Source of the DNA: Euglena gracilis
Taxonomy: Eukaryota
NCBI GenBank assembly: GCA_039621445.1
Contig: CP154954.1
Coordinates: forward strand, 19,144,642-19,208,641
Direction of reading: 5' to 3'
DNA length: 64,000 nt
The position numbers and the translations under genes are program-made. The notes beneath the pieces were generated by a model. The model did no database searches and was not told the origin of the DNA. It saw nothing but the letters and a program-made list of their open reading frames with translations. Below are positions 26,661 through 41,600 of this stretch, in pieces (the stretch's first letter is position 1; the number at the start of each line of letters is the position of its first letter).

Positions 26661-29600
26661 CAAAATCCACCAAAGTGCCAGGAGTGAGTGGGCCAAAAAT
26701 GACAATTCGCTCACATGTGTCGTCGTCATGCTCCCTCTTTCTCAAACTTATACTTTATAGACTCATCAGTTTAAAATTCAAACTTTTCGACCCAGCAAAG
26801 CTAATCGTAATTGTACTCGACACAATAATGGAAGACACAGACACACAACAAGGGAGCGATTTACCGGCAAGGGCACAGCCGAAAAGCCTCCCGGTGAACG
26901 TCGGGGACTCCCGATGTCGTTTCCGCTGCGGGTTGGAGGAGGAGGCGGGCGCCGCCCCGCCCGCAGGGGCGGTACGCTCCCGCAGCCGCTTCACCAGCGG
27001 AGCCAGGGGCCTGCCAAGAGGTTCTCCCTTTGAGCTGTTCAGGAAATTCCACCTACGGTTGGACAAGAAGAGGGGAAGGTTACCTGGGGGGCGCGACAAA
27101 CTTTCCAAAAAAATTGAAAAAAATAAATACAACAGATTAAAAATCAAAGTAAAATTAAACAAAAAACAAAATTAAAATGAATTAAAAATAGAATTGGCAA
27201 CGAGGCAGTCTCATTAGGGGAGGGAGGTATGTTGGTCGCCTATTTGTGTATTTTTGGCATAAATCAGCGAGGGGAGGGATGGACGGTGCAAGACAAACAA
27301 CAGGAAGCCCCCCCCCCCCACCACCGTGAGTCGGGGGCCTGGGCAGGATGGCCTGCGGCTCCAACACGCCGTGCCTCAGCAGGTCCTCCTTGCTGGCCAG
27401 CGCCAGCGCCTCCACCGAGTTGTACCCGCGGAGGGGGGCCGCATACCAGATGGGTGCACACCCAACAAAAAACCGTCCAGGGGGCTGGACCCCTCCGACA
27501 ACCTCGAACCTGAAGGCGGTGGGGAAATTTTTCTGGTCCAGCAGAATCCGAAAAAATGGCCGAAATCGTTGAAATATCCTGATTTTTCTTGGAAAACAAA
27601 TGGGAAAAAAATGGTCTTTTTTGCACTTTTTTGGTTTTTTTCTTTTCATATGGAGACACCAAAGTTGAGTGGCTGTAAAAGGACCAAACTGGACACCTCC
27701 GGCAAGGTTGCGTTGGACCTGGGGCGGGGGCAGGTAAGAAAGATGGGGGGTTCATAGACAAGGGAATAACAAGATTAAAAAAAATAAATATTATATTCAA
27801 TTTTATATTTAATATCATGTTTAATATTTTTTTTATTTTTAATAAAAAATAAATAAATATGTATTATTAAATAAAACAAAAAATGTCGACATTGGAAAAT
27901 TCCGTGCTTCTTCAGTGAGAAGACTTCCTTTTTCCAGGGGGATTGCGTTTCCACTCGGAGGGGGTTGGAACTGTGGAAAGGATAATCAACAATGAACAAA
28001 GGCCAGAAGCTCTGAAACCCAAACTTCGATATATCTTTCACATACATGATCCTGGGAAACCCTTAAAAGCTGGTAAGGACCAAGGGAGTGTAGACAAAAG
28101 CCTGTAATTAGACAAAGAGGGAGGTGGTTGTTTGGATTTGCGTGCATACAAGGTCAGATTCAAACATGTGCAAATACCTCGCAAACTCTCTGCATTTGGT
28201 GCTTTGCGTGACATTGATAAGAGCATGTTCAAGAGTATGTTCAAAACAACATACATACACACCTGTGCAGCACACAATTATAATAAACCAATTGGGGGTT
28301 TGGCAGGGATAGATGAGAAGCGCGTTGGTAATGAGGTAGGTAGGGGTCGATGAGCTCTTTCCCTTTATGGGTAAGATCAAAGCTTACCCCTGGGGAAAAG
28401 GGGGGGGTTGGCCTTCCATTACGTGCACCTTAAGAGCTCAGCACTATTCAAAACATGGTAAAGTGGCGGGGGGGGGGGGGCAGGGGCAGACCCCCCACTG
28501 CCGGGAGGGGGTGTCTGGACCGGACTCCCAAGTTCAAAAAAAGCAAAATTTTCCTCCCGGCGCCCTGCGCAAAAATATGGTCAAAAATGCCCTGTGCCCC
28601 TTTTTGGGCATATTGCACACTTTTTTTGGATATTTTGGTGTTTCCACATGAAAAAAAAAACCCCAAAAATGCAAAAAAATGAGCATTTTTGGAAAATTAT
28701 TTTCATTTATTCTCAAAGAAAAATCAGGGGTTTTCAAAATTTTGGCCCTTTTCTGTCCCTTTGTTGGGCCAGAAAATCTTCTCAGTCGCCTTAAATTTGG
28801 AGGTTGTCGGAGGGGGGCCCGTGTTGGGGGGCCTGAAACCCCCCCTCAAGGCTTTCCATACATCACTTGGGTAGGGTCCTCAGCAACCTTTGTGGACTCT
28901 AATTGCGATGTAAGATTTGTTGGCAAAAGGATATTTTTCAAGGGTGGGGTTTACCAGTGGTGGGGATGGACAAAATATGTCCCTGGCCCTGCGTGGTCTT
29001 TCGTATTTGTTTAAACAATTCAGTGGTCCTGGAAGAAAACATACGACATTGAGGGATAAAAATGTCCAGACAACTGAACCAGATAGACACAAGGAGTTCA
29101 CCTTGGAAAGAAATCTGCGTGCCTCGCAGTCCCCCTGCCCAGCCCGGGCCAGCGAAATGGCATACGGGGACAGATGCAGCGACGCGAGCAGCGCTTCCAG
29201 GTCTGCTGATAGCAGGGCATTGGCCGACCGCGCGTCCCACCCTCAACCTCCAAACATCACAAGCACGTTTGAAGAAGAAAGGGGACAAACAGAACAGAGA
29301 ACTCTTCATTTGACTTGGCCTTCTGGTTCCCATCACCTTGCAGTACGGGTCGTTGAGCCATAATGGCAAAACCCACGTTGACCCAAACAGACACTCAAAC
29401 CAACCAAAACTCTCCACCTTGGGGCAAACACGCTGTGGCAAGCAGGGCGTTTTTTAATGACCCCCGGGGGGTCCAGCCCAGAGGCTAGAAAATTTGGGCT
29501 GGCTGGAAAAAGGCTGCTGGCTGACCCCCCCCCCCTGCTTAGGAGTCCTAACTCGCACTTAGCTTTGAATGCGACAAGAAATTGCGCCGATGCGCAACCT

Positions 29601-32600
29601 TGCAAAAAAAGTCCTGCTTTTTCAACACCGAGGCCCGATTTTCAGGACTTTCAGGTCCGCACTGGTCTGCCCCTCCAACCCCAGTGCCTGGGCACGAGGG
29701 CCACAACTTGGAACGTCAGGTCTGCAGGCACACGTCTTTCAGGGTCCAGTGTGCGCGACCCCAAGCGCCGCGTAATGAAACGAGGGGACTGCATTGCGCA
29801 CTTGCGCAATGGCACAACTGAATATTTCAGTACAAAAAATTAAGCGCGTTGCACACTTGTGCAATATTTTAAAAAGTTTGTAATTCTAAATGGCTGCTAG
29901 ACTTTACTTGGCCCCCCCCACGGGGGGGTTCAAGTAAAGACTCCAGGGGGTCAAACTATTTTTTTTTTGCGTTAATGATGGAATAGGGTTAGGTGCGCGA
30001 GTTAGGCCTAAGGTTCGGCCTAACTTATAGACGGGAGTTAGGTGTACAACTTGGACCCCCCGGGGAAAGGGGCCAAGTAAAATCTAGCTGCCTTCTAAAT
30101 ATCTGTGGTCATTGCGCACTTGCACAATGGTTACACAACGTGTGTATGTTAAAATTGCGCAATGTAACTCTTGAAATTTCATTCTACATGTGCCCATTGC
30201 GCAGATGAGCAAAAGGTACCAACTTTGAACTTCTTATTCATATCACTGTGGGTGGAGAGAGCGGTCCTGGAATCTTAACATCAGAGACCTGGGACAACAA
30301 GCCACCCCCCTGGTGTGTTTATGCAGCCACCATCTTTTTCATATTCAGACGTGCCTTGTCCTACGCATTGTGAGCCCAATTCCAAAGCTGGAGGTTCATT
30401 CCACTTCTTGGCCACCAATTGAAACTCGAAAATTTTGCATTTGAAAAAGAACACGTAACAGATAAACTCTGGGAATCAGAGCGCAGAGAAAGCACTTCTG
30501 GGGTCTAAAAATGTTTTCAAAAAGCCCCAGAATTTGAAGAAACTGGAAATGAGAAGTCGAAAAGGAACATCAAAAATATCGGAGAATGGTGGACATATTG
30601 GCAGACCTTTTCCCGGTGGTTTGCAACCCACCAGACAGCCCAATTGCACCAAGCAGATGGAGGACGCGGCTCGGTCAAAACAGTTCTTCGAGTATCATCC
30701 CAAAAAACCCTACTCCCAGCACGAGTGCAGCGTTGCTATGGCTTCACAGCCTGATATCCATAATTCTTCTTATTGGAACGGCCCTCCCTCCCTGGGCATG
30801 TGCGCAATTGTTAATGGGAACCCCTGAGTTATGGGTGCCTCTCTGGCGTGTTACGGCATGCCGGGGGCCCCTCTCTACATGGCTGATATAGGGCTTGGAG
30901 AACAAATTCATTGCGCAGGTGCGCAATGGAGATGCCTCTCAAATGCACTGCCTTTTCATTCAGATTACACGTTACGTGCGTGTTTGCACTTCTCATTGAG
31001 TCTGTGTGGACCATTGCACACCAGTGGTCGTAATGTATTTCCTCACCAAGCCCAAGACTGGCTGTGCAAAAAGGGTCTCCTGACACACCGTAACACGCCC
31101 ATAAGATCAGGGGCATCTGTTAACCATTGCACACATGTGCAACGATTACCCGTTGCACACATGCACAATGGATAACGGTTGCTTATGTGCTCCATGGGCA
31201 GAACCATTGCATTCCATTCCCGGCAGTGGGGGGCTGGAGTTGCTCACCAGACGTTGGGGCAAGACACTGTGCTTGCCCTCAATCCCGCCCAACCCCTCCA
31301 CCTGAGTGTTGTACCGCTCCTCACGCTTCAAGCTCCCAAGGATCACAATTCTTTGGCACGCCTTTTTGCAGGTTTTCAAAATATGTGTATAGAGTCCACC
31401 CTCTGGATGACTCAGCACGCAACTCTTCAGACACATTCCAAAGATCCTGAAAAAGCAATTAAAAGGCCTGTGTGGCACTGGTTGTGGACACTCAGGGGCT
31501 TCACAAACGGGGAGACACAATGGGGGTTTTGGGAACTACTTTGGGAAAATTCGGGTCTCCCGGAGTTCAAACCCAAGGTTTTGAACTGTTTTAAACATGG
31601 TGCACAGGCTGAAAAACACCGAAATTGGGCCTGTTCCCTGGGTCCCAACAGCAGCAAATGATGCAGGTTCTTCAGAGGGAGGGTCTAAAGGGTCAGAAGG
31701 GTGGTTTTAACCACCAGGTTTCAAAAAAAATGCAACATTGCGCTTATGCGCAAGGCAAAAATCAAAACTTTAAGTGCGAGTTAGGCCCTAGCAGCTGGAT
31801 GGTAACGGGTTTATTTTGCTTTTGGGGTGGAAAAACGCCCCAAAAATGGGTCAAAAATGGGCGAAAATGGGTTGAAAAAGGGCTCCGGGGCAAATTTAGG
31901 GTCAAAAAATCAAATTTTTGCACAATTGGCAGTTTTTTTTGGATATTTGGCAGTTTCAATTTTTTTTTGGTACCCTGTTCAACCCGGGTTGGGTCCAGCT
32001 CCCCTGAATAAAACTCGTTGAGGGGGTGGTTCGAGGCTTCAAAAAAGGCTGCTGGCTGGAAAAAGGCTGCTGGCTAGCTGGACCCCTCGGGGTGGGGTGA
32101 AATTTTCTTAAACTACGCCCTGGTGGCAAGGCCCTGGGGGAAGGGGCGAAGGAGATGCCTGCCACGGGTGCTGGCGTCGGCGCCAGCGCTGGGGACGGTG
32201 GAACTGGTGGGCCACCCGCAGGTGTCAGCCGGCAGTGGCACTCCCACCCCCCCTCAAGAAGCAGTGTGGCGGGGGGTTGCCCTATGGATTGCACCCCATC
32301 GGCCTGGATTTTGTCGTTTTCTTTTTTATTTTCGTTATTTTCGTCATTTTCGTTGTTTTTTTTAAAAACAAATTACCAACAAAATGGAGGGTATGGTGTG
32401 CTTGTAAACCCCCCCCAAATAACCCCCCAAATAACCCCCTCAAATAACCCCCTCAAATAACCCCCTCAAATAACCCCCCCCTTGGGGGCCGATTTCGAGC
32501 GCCAAAATAAGTCCCCCCCCCCTGTGCACAACGTGCATAAGCAGATGGATTCCTTGACCAGGAGTGCTCACACAGACACTGTCTACATCCTGGCTATTTT

Positions 32601-35600
32601 TGAAGGTCAGAAAGCTATTCTTCTTCCGATTCTTCCGCAAAAGACCAAGATACCTATCCTGGACGCTGATATCAGACATTGTTCGGGAAGAACCTGTTCA
32701 GGTAGCAGTGCCCAAATAACACCCCCCCCCAAAAAACACCACCCTGGACCCCCAGTTCGGGTGCCCAAATAACACGGGGGGGGGGTGTTGTTTGAGTGGG
32801 AGGGTTTAACGGATCACCACCTCCAGCGGCAGGGGTGTGTGCGGTCTTGAAAGGACCGGGCGTGTTGACCCATGAACTAATGCAACTGGAAAAACGTTTC
32901 AGCAGATAAAAAAAATAATGATCCAGGTGGAATGGATGCGTCTGGTGTCTAAGCAGAAGACCGGGAGTGGTCCCATTGAATTTTCCTTAAAAAACGTTGT
33001 CCGAAACTGCTCTCACTTCATAATCCCCCGTGTGGGCCTAAGCCAGATTACTACAGTTGTCCAAAAAGAAAACCAATACAAAAACACATGCAGCACAGAC
33101 TCCCTAGTCGGAAGCTAAACCTATCCCAGCCTTTTAAGTTGCAGGAACGGAATCAACTTACTCCACTGCGATCCAAAGACAGACCAAAAAAAATCATCAA
33201 ACGGCTGCCAAACGAAAGGCTTACGTGCTGTTTGTAAAGATAGACCGGCGTTCAATGTTGAAGGCACATTGGCGGAATCCCTGTGGGCCGGAAATATAAT
33301 AAAAAAAAAACAAACTTCCCTGGGAAACTACCATTCAAGAAACAACGCGACGATCAGAATTGATCACAAACGTCACTGAGAAAAAAAGCAACGACAAAAA
33401 AACTCTTTTCTTTTCAAAAGGGCCAGCAACATGCACCAAGAGTTGGCAATCCCTGAAAAAAAAACCAGCGAATTTTTCGAAAAAAAACATCCGACGCCAT
33501 TAAAAGCTGGATTTTGAAAACGCCGTACAACAACCCATCAAATATTTTTTGTACAATGAATGTTGCTAACCCTTCAAGGAGGGAAATTGGTGTGAAAACA
33601 GGCCACCTTAAGATTGACCTCGCCCCCCCCCCCCCGAAAAACTTCTTTGCCCAACCTGGAAGAGGGTGCCTTCTGCTATGGGGTGCCTGCCCGCAGCAGA
33701 ACCCCCTCCTCTGGGGGTTCGTTTTGGGTCCTGGTGCCGGCCGACCAAGCAAACCTCCCTTGAAGACCGCCATTTTCGTTTCCCCCAGTGTCCTCAGCAA
33801 CTGGGGACATGCTGCAGCGCTACCCCCCAAAACCCAACCTTTCCCTCCGGGGAACTGGAAAATGCCCTGCGGGCCAAATGCACCCATTTGCCAAATTCCT
33901 TCCTCCCAAATTTTTGTGTCTTTAACTCTTTCTGCCGAAAAAAAATGCCCCCAAAACGGCGAGTCAAAAATTCCCTGTTGGTGCTGACACTTTGCCAGGC
34001 GTCTGGGAGGGCGGCCTTGAACCCCCCGCTCCTTGTCCGGCTGGTGGGGCAGGGGCGAGGTCGGTTTGCCGGTAGTCCGCCGTGCGGACTTTGTTGGAGG
34101 CAGCAGAGCTCTCCGCCTTTGGTTTTCCGCCAAAAGCACAAACATGGAAATGCTCTGCTCCAGGAAAATCTCTTGCTTTGCGTTGGGCTGCCAACAGACA
34201 GCGTCGCAGTCGAAAAGTAAAACCTCTTCGTCCAAGAAAAAAAAAGAGGGTACGGTTTGTGGCATTTGATTGGAAAACAAATATCAAAGTTGGCCGCAAA
34301 GATCAAGCACTTAACCCAAAGTGCATGGTTTTGAGACAGAACAGGACAGACTTTGAAATGTCTAAGGCCCATGGAACGGACAGAAAGCCAACATGCCGAG
34401 CAGGCTTCTTTTACAAGGGGAGAGTTGATGTCCGAGACCTTCGGAAGAATTGCGGACAATTGCGGGAAACCACAGAAATTGTGGCCACATTGTGGTTATC
34501 AATCAATCTCCCCCCTGTCTTGTCTTTCACCAACGCAGGGCCGGGGGTTGTGCTGAAGTACAAAAGCTAAAACACAACTCACCTGAAAACCTGACCCCCC
34601 TCATCAATTTCTGGGGGGGTCGCAAATGCCCTTCCTGCCTGGCCCACAGCCCCCCCCCCCGGCAGGGGATCCGGCTGGCCTTCAAAAGCAGCCCAATACC
34701 AAGCCCCGAGCAATGCTGGCCCGGTCCACGGCGCCACGACACTTTGACCCAATCGGGGCTTTGGTGGTCCACCTCCGTCACGACGCCGACGGTGCCCGCC
34801 CCGCCGTCCTGGTCGCCCCACTGCCACGTCTCGCCGCGCACGACGCGGGCGGGGGGCAGGGGTCCGGTGGGACGGCGGGATGGCTCGGAGAACAGGTACC
34901 ACCCCCACCCACCCCACCCCACCCCACCCCCGGCAAAAACTGTCTTCAGACATAGTGGGTACAGAAGCAGGTCAGTGGGTACAGAGGGTAGAGGACAACT
35001 TCCCGGAGGACAATTTCCCGGGAGGGGGGGTAGTTACCCCGGTCCCTCGCCCAGAAACAGCCCCCATTCTGCTCCGTCAGTACTGGGTATGCTCATCAGT
35101 TCTTGTGCGTTATTTTAGGGAGCAGTGTTTCTCAATGGATTGCTGAAGCCTACAGACCAACGTTTCATGCAGAAGCAAGGCTCCTGAAGTCAGGCACAAA
35201 AAACTTCCGTTTCACCAGCAAAGAAACTGCACCAACTCTGGCCAGAAGCTTTGCGCCAATAACAGCATGGGCTTTTATCCAGAAATCTGGGGCCCCAAGG
35301 ATGGGATCTAGCCAGATTTTCGTGCAGGGGTCGCTGCTGACGGCTTTTTAAGACGTGGGCAACGAAACAAGAAGGTGCACGTATTTTCCACAGAATACTC
35401 ATCAGAGTCGCCGGTGTAGTTGTATTTGGGGTTTCTCTTGCGCTCTTTGGGTCCCCCCCCCTCTGTCAATGGCACATTCGGTAACATTGCTGTGTCTCTG
35501 AAGGTTGGTGGAGAATAATTCCGTCTGGCTGGCAGTCAGCTTGACCTCCTTCCACATTCAACTGGAAAATTGGACCATCAGTTATCCCCTGTTCTTCTTT

Positions 35601-38600
35601 GTTCTAAAGGTGGCTGAGGCCTGTCCAGGGATCGAACAGGGTTGAAAAGTTTTTTTAAAAACATGGAAAGACTTGACCGTTGATAATACCCAAATGGAAG
35701 GCCCCACCCGGATTTGTTTCCCACACTACAACCGAATAGTTGTCCTGGGGGGTTTCTGCAATCCCCCAGAGAGGTTATCCTTGCAGACCCCTGGCCTCCA
35801 ACGTGCCACCTTGTGAATCTGTCACCCCCAAACTTAAAGCGGCATGGAGTGAATGAATCAAACATGAGAGGAATGACCGCGGTGAATGCAACCTGTGCTC
35901 AAAACATTGTCGAAAATGATGCAAAAAAAAAACGAATCGCAACAGTCAAACAGAGAAACAAACAAAAAATATATGGGTGCAGCTGTGTGCAATTATGCAA
36001 TGAATTTCCTCACATGCTCATGAATCTAAACTCTGATGGCACAAAAATGAGTAAACAAATGACAGACGATTGGCAAACACTCAAGGATTTGGCACCCACC
36101 TCACCCAGCGGAAAAATTGTCGTCTGACATGTCGCTGGTGACCCTAAAAAACATCCCGACGATGACCAATTTGCCAATGCCAGCGACCCTGCCCAGACAA
36201 ATTGCATGGCCTGACCATTTCCAGGTCGGGGGGGGGGGTTGGCAAGCGATCAATGCTGCCTGACTCGAGGGCCACGTTGAAGCACGAGCGCGGCACCCAG
36301 TGCGAGTCGGCGCCGCCGAACTCCACCAGGTACCTCTCCTCCGCGGCGTCGTAGCGCTTCACAGTGCCGGTCTTCAACGCGAGGGGGGTGAGCCGCGGCA
36401 CCTCCGGTGGGGGCGACGGCACATGTGTGCCTCTGCGGCGGCCAACCCCTCCCCCTCCCGGGATCTCACCACCCGACACCTCAGCGAACATAGCCAAAAA
36501 AATCTCAACGTAACATGACCCACCTGGGTATTTATTCTTGCATTCTTTCCATTCGGCCTAGGCAGTTTGTTTATTCTCTTAATGGGGTGGGAGCTTATGA
36601 GTTCAGCTTCTTGGGTGGGAAGATCACCTCAGTTGCCTTCATGCACACATACATACATACATGTGCATACATACATACATACATACATTTATACATACAT
36701 ACATACACACATACATACATACATACACACATACATACATACATACATACATACATACATACATACATACATACATACATACATACATACATACATACAT
36801 ACATACATACATACATACATACATACATACATACATACATACACACATACATACATACATACATACATACATACAACACATACATACACACATACACACA
36901 TACATACATACATACATACATACATACATACATACATACATACAGACATACATACATACATACATACATACATACATACATACATACATACATACATACA
37001 TACATACATACATACATACATACATACATACACACATACATACATGCATGCATGCATACATACATACACACGCATGCAGACACACACATACAGTCAGGAC
37101 AAAAATGACGGGAAACAAAAAACGCAAAGGGAAACCTCAAATTTTCACCATCATTTTTTTCCTGTCATTTTCTCCCCCCGTCCCCTTCTTACAGTCTTAC
37201 CCCTTTGGAGGGGGCACCTTCACGGGCAGTCAAATGGCACATGCAAAAGGATGGGGTAGGTATATGGTCAACTTTGGGGCTTTTAATGCAAAACTGGGAG
37301 AGCGTTTTGACGAGTTGTTCTTTTGCTGAAAAATTTCCATTACCAGTGGAAATCACCACCATTTTCCGAGGAAAATTGTTGATAGTTGAAAGTTAAACTT
37401 TCCCATCATCAATTTCTCCCAAATCAAGTTTTTCCCATCATTTTTTAGTCATTTTTTTCCCTGTCTATTTGTTTCCCGTCATTTTTGTCCGGACGGTATT
37501 TGATTTTTGTACAGGCCAGGAGTCAGAAAATGTCAACTTTACTCCGCTGACCCGGACTCACCCAGAAACTGTCACCTTCCTCCGACTCACCCAACTGTCC
37601 TCCTCGCAGGAACCTGTCTGTCTCTCACTCAATGAATTGTCTGCAGAATTCTTCCCTGGCAGGGCGTAGGTAGCTTGCAATTTATGTTGTGGAGCATCAC
37701 TGGACGGGAGGGGGGCAGAAAGGATGCATGCACATGTGGCCACAGCATTCTGGATCTCGTCAGCTTTCCGCATCCGGGCCATACCATTGCTTAAGGTGTG
37801 TCTGAGCCCCTCCTGTGGGGGGACTGACTGATTATTTATTATTATTATTTTTGGAGCGACTGACTGGTCCTTGGCTCCAGACGCCCCCCCCCCCCCCAGG
37901 GAGGGCTGGCCAGGATTGGCCGAAAATGGACACCCGGGGGCAAAGGGTTTTTGACCAAAATCCTTTGAGTTTTGGCCAACTTTGGCCGAGTGGCCAAAAT
38001 GACCGACCCCCCCCCTCGGGGGTAGGAAATGGGTGACTAGTTTATGAAAAGTGACTGGCTGGTTTTTGAACGTGGAAAAAGACTAGCCCCCCTACCCCCA
38101 GAAGTCGGCAAGCAATGTTATGATCCGGATTCGGTAGCCGGCGATGGTGCACCTTTCTCTGCCTTCGCTGGAAGCAGCGGCCGGACACCTTGGCGAAGGT
38201 CGGCATCACAGAAGCGGAAATCCCCCCACCCCACAAAAATTCAGCCAGAACTCACCCCCAGGGAGGATTAGCTCCAGAGAATGCAGCACAATTGACAATG
38301 GGGATGAGGAGCAACTGTTTGCCACATCAAACTGTACCCCATAACCCCATAACCATAATAACATAATAACATGATGATATGTATGGATGGAAAGATAGAT
38401 AGGAAGATGGATGGACAGTCAGATACATGAATGGATGGATGGACGGACAGAAACATAGATAGATAGACAGATAAAAAGATGTATGCACATATGTATGCAT
38501 GCAAATACATGCATGCACACATGAATGCATACGTTTATTTGTGTGTGTGTATATGTGTTTGCATGTATGGATGTATGTGTGGAGGTGTTATGTAGGTAGG

Positions 38601-41600
38601 TATGCAGGTTGGAGGGCAGGCAGGTAGGTTGATAAGTAGGTCGGTAGGTAGGTAGGTAGGCAGGTAGGTAGGCATGTTTCGTTGACACAGGGTGTCTGTC
38701 AACGACAATGTGTGTCAAACACATGAAACACCTCAGGTAAACCCCCCCACAGATAATACCCCCGGGGTAAAATCTGTTTTATCTTATTATCTTATTATTT
38801 TTTCGCCTGAAGTCCCGGCCCGAGGGGGGGGGGGCTATTATTGGGGGGTATTACCTTTCGAAATGAAGTCCCGGCCCGAGGGTGGGGGGCTATTATTGGG
38901 GGGGTCGCTGAGCTCTTATCCCTTTATGGGTAAGAGCGAAGCTTACCCCTGGGGGAAACCCCCCCCCCGAACCCCCCGGGGGGGGGGGGAGTCGGGTCGG
39001 GGCCACCTCGGGAACCGGTGGATTATCACCATGATCCCGGCCCCGTTCCCAAAATTTTTTTTTTAGTCACGAGCGACTGGATTCCTAGTTTCCGAATCAC
39101 CTGGGTTTGACCCCCAACTCCCCGCCAGGCGCGAGTTATTCACGCGCGAAGGGGTCTAAACTGGGTAGGATTGGCCAACCTCCCTTTTTAAGCCCCCCCC
39201 CCTTTGGACTCTGCCATTTCGGCCAAAAAATGTCAATTTTCAAAATATCTCCAAAATGAAGCAAAATCAAAGGAAATGTCCGGAGACCTAATTTGAAGCC
39301 CTTGGAACGTCCCATCTACCGACCGGTATTTTGATTTCCCCGCAACTCCCCGCCTAGCCCGAGATACGGCCGTTTTCGGCGCAGATGGCCGTTTTGTACA
39401 CTTTTTCCACTGTTCGACTTAGCCATTTTCGGCCAAAAAAGTCGAAAACCCAACGATGTTTTTTGGCCTCCCGGACCCGGAAAACCTGTTTTTGAGCCGA
39501 AAATGAGCGTTTTTCGACCCGCCAGCGCCCCGTTTTGGGCCGCCAACCCGCCAAAACCGGGTCAAAAAAAGTCGAAAAAAATCGAAAAAAAATTTGCCCA
39601 AAACGATGTTTTTTGGCCTCCCGGACCCGGAAAAACTGTTTTTGAGCCGAAAATGAGCGTTTTTCGACCCGCCAGCGCCCCGTTTTGGGCCGCCGACCTA
39701 CTGACTTTGGGTCAAAACCGGGTCAAAAAAGTCGAAAAAACGCGAAAATGAGCGTTTTTCAACCCCCTCCCATGCCCAGGCCGGGCCGCCGGGCTGCCAG
39801 CCGGGCCGCCAGGCTGCCGGGCCGCCGGGCCGGGGTCAATGCAGGGGTGGGGGCGCGCTTATAAAGAGCTCAGCACTATTCAAAACCTGGTATTACCTTT
39901 CGAAATTTTTCGAAGTCCCGTAGGAGCCAAAATAGCGCCAAACCCCTCCTTTGGCGTCATTTTTTTGTACTTTCTTTCGCAATTTACCATTTTAATGAGG
40001 TCAGATGATCCAGAAAATTGATTTTTTTTTCGTCATTTGTTGTCAGAGATTCTTACGTACATTTTGAGGTTAAAATTTGGCTTTCGGCCAAAGGGGGGGG
40101 GGGTATCATTCCGGTCAGACCCTGAGGGGGGGTATTATTTGGGGGGGTATTATTTGGGGGGTATTCAGTGTTTAGGAAGCAAGCCGTTGACAGGGGGTGC
40201 TGTCAACAAAACAGTGTCTCTTGGACAAGGGGTACTCCTCCTCCCCGGGAAAATGCACCTGATAAGTCAGCAAGTGCACAGGTAGGTGACAAGTCCCATG
40301 CAGCAAGGACGGGACAAGTGAACAATTTACAGGGTTCAGCGAATTTTTTTGACATTTTCTAACCCCATGGAGGACACAAAAATCATGCGGGTTTTTCCAA
40401 TTTTGCGATTAAAAGTTGGATAAAAATGGAAAGCTTTTTTTTCAACTTGGAAATGTGTTAGTTTCAACAAAAAAATGGAAATTCTTCAAAAAAAAGGGGG
40501 CAGGTCAGAGGTGACAGATGGTAGAGGACCCTGGGGGGTTGTGACGCATGTACATTTCACATTGCCATTGCAGCCATGCCAACTCCATGCTCCAGAGCCC
40601 CCAGGCCAATCGCACTGTCGGCCCCGGTGCGGTTCATTGTGGTGTCGCTGGGGCCGCGGGCAAGCCTCAGCCACCAAAAGCAGGCGTTCACAGACCCCAT
40701 CCCGGATGAGGAGATGGGTGGTTTCCCTGGTGACCACGTCAAGGTTCCGGGAGACAAGCCGTTCTGAAAGAAACATTGACTGTGGCACCGTCAGGGGGGA
40801 ATCTTAAACGAAGGGGCTCTTAACCTTGGATTTTCCTCCAACCGGTCCACGCAGGGTCTAGTTTTCTTAACGGGGGGGGGGGTTATGTGCCCAGCTTCTT
40901 AATGAAAACTGATGTTTTCTTTAGGTGCCGACCTTGCACACCACATTTTTGCAATTAAAAAGGGGTGGTATGGCAAAGAAAACCATTTGCCCCACTTTTA
41001 ATCCAAAGTCGTCATATACCCACAAAAAATGATATTTGTGCGATGATTCCTTCTGTGGACATACCTTCCAGATCGAAATCAACAAAAAGCCATGCTGAAA
41101 ATGAAAGAAACAAAGCGCCGAAACAAATGATGCGGAATACGGTGCTGAGGCTTTGCCAGGGGATTGCGAGCGCGGCCGTTGTCCCTGAGCATACCAGAGG
41201 TCGGTCTGCCGATAATTCGCGTTGTTGAAACGGTTGGGAGCAGCACCGCCCAAGGGGACCTGCCACATTCGCCCAAAACAAGTTAAACCTCAGGAAACAC
41301 AGCAGCCATCTTTTGTCACTTGTTTCGTTGCCTCCCCGCTTATGTTTGGGGCCACATATATGCACCCTGTGTGTATGCACCCGAAACACTAGATTTGAAA
41401 ACGAGGTCATCCCACTGCAGATTTGCACAAATCTTCATCATTAAACGTTGCACATATGCAACAACTGCAGTGTTTTTTTTGCCAATTCTAAGTTGTGTGA
41501 CCAACTGACATGCTATTATACGTCATCAATTTGTTACTTGTTGTGGATGCGCAAGCCATGTTGACTTAGAATGAAACTTTGAGAGTGACAATGGTACTTT

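Noticed and set aside
25777-26745. Long His/Thr- or Val/Cys-rich ORFs (also 36515-37329, 56715-57658, 62824-63355, 11798-12215)
   Set aside because: Translations of CA/TACA microsatellites inside introns.
33414-34570. Overlapping long ORFs suggesting a transposase remnant, with similarity to ~41150-41240
   Set aside because: The similarity is explained by paralogous gene B exons (YRQTDL); no credible DDE transposase motifs.
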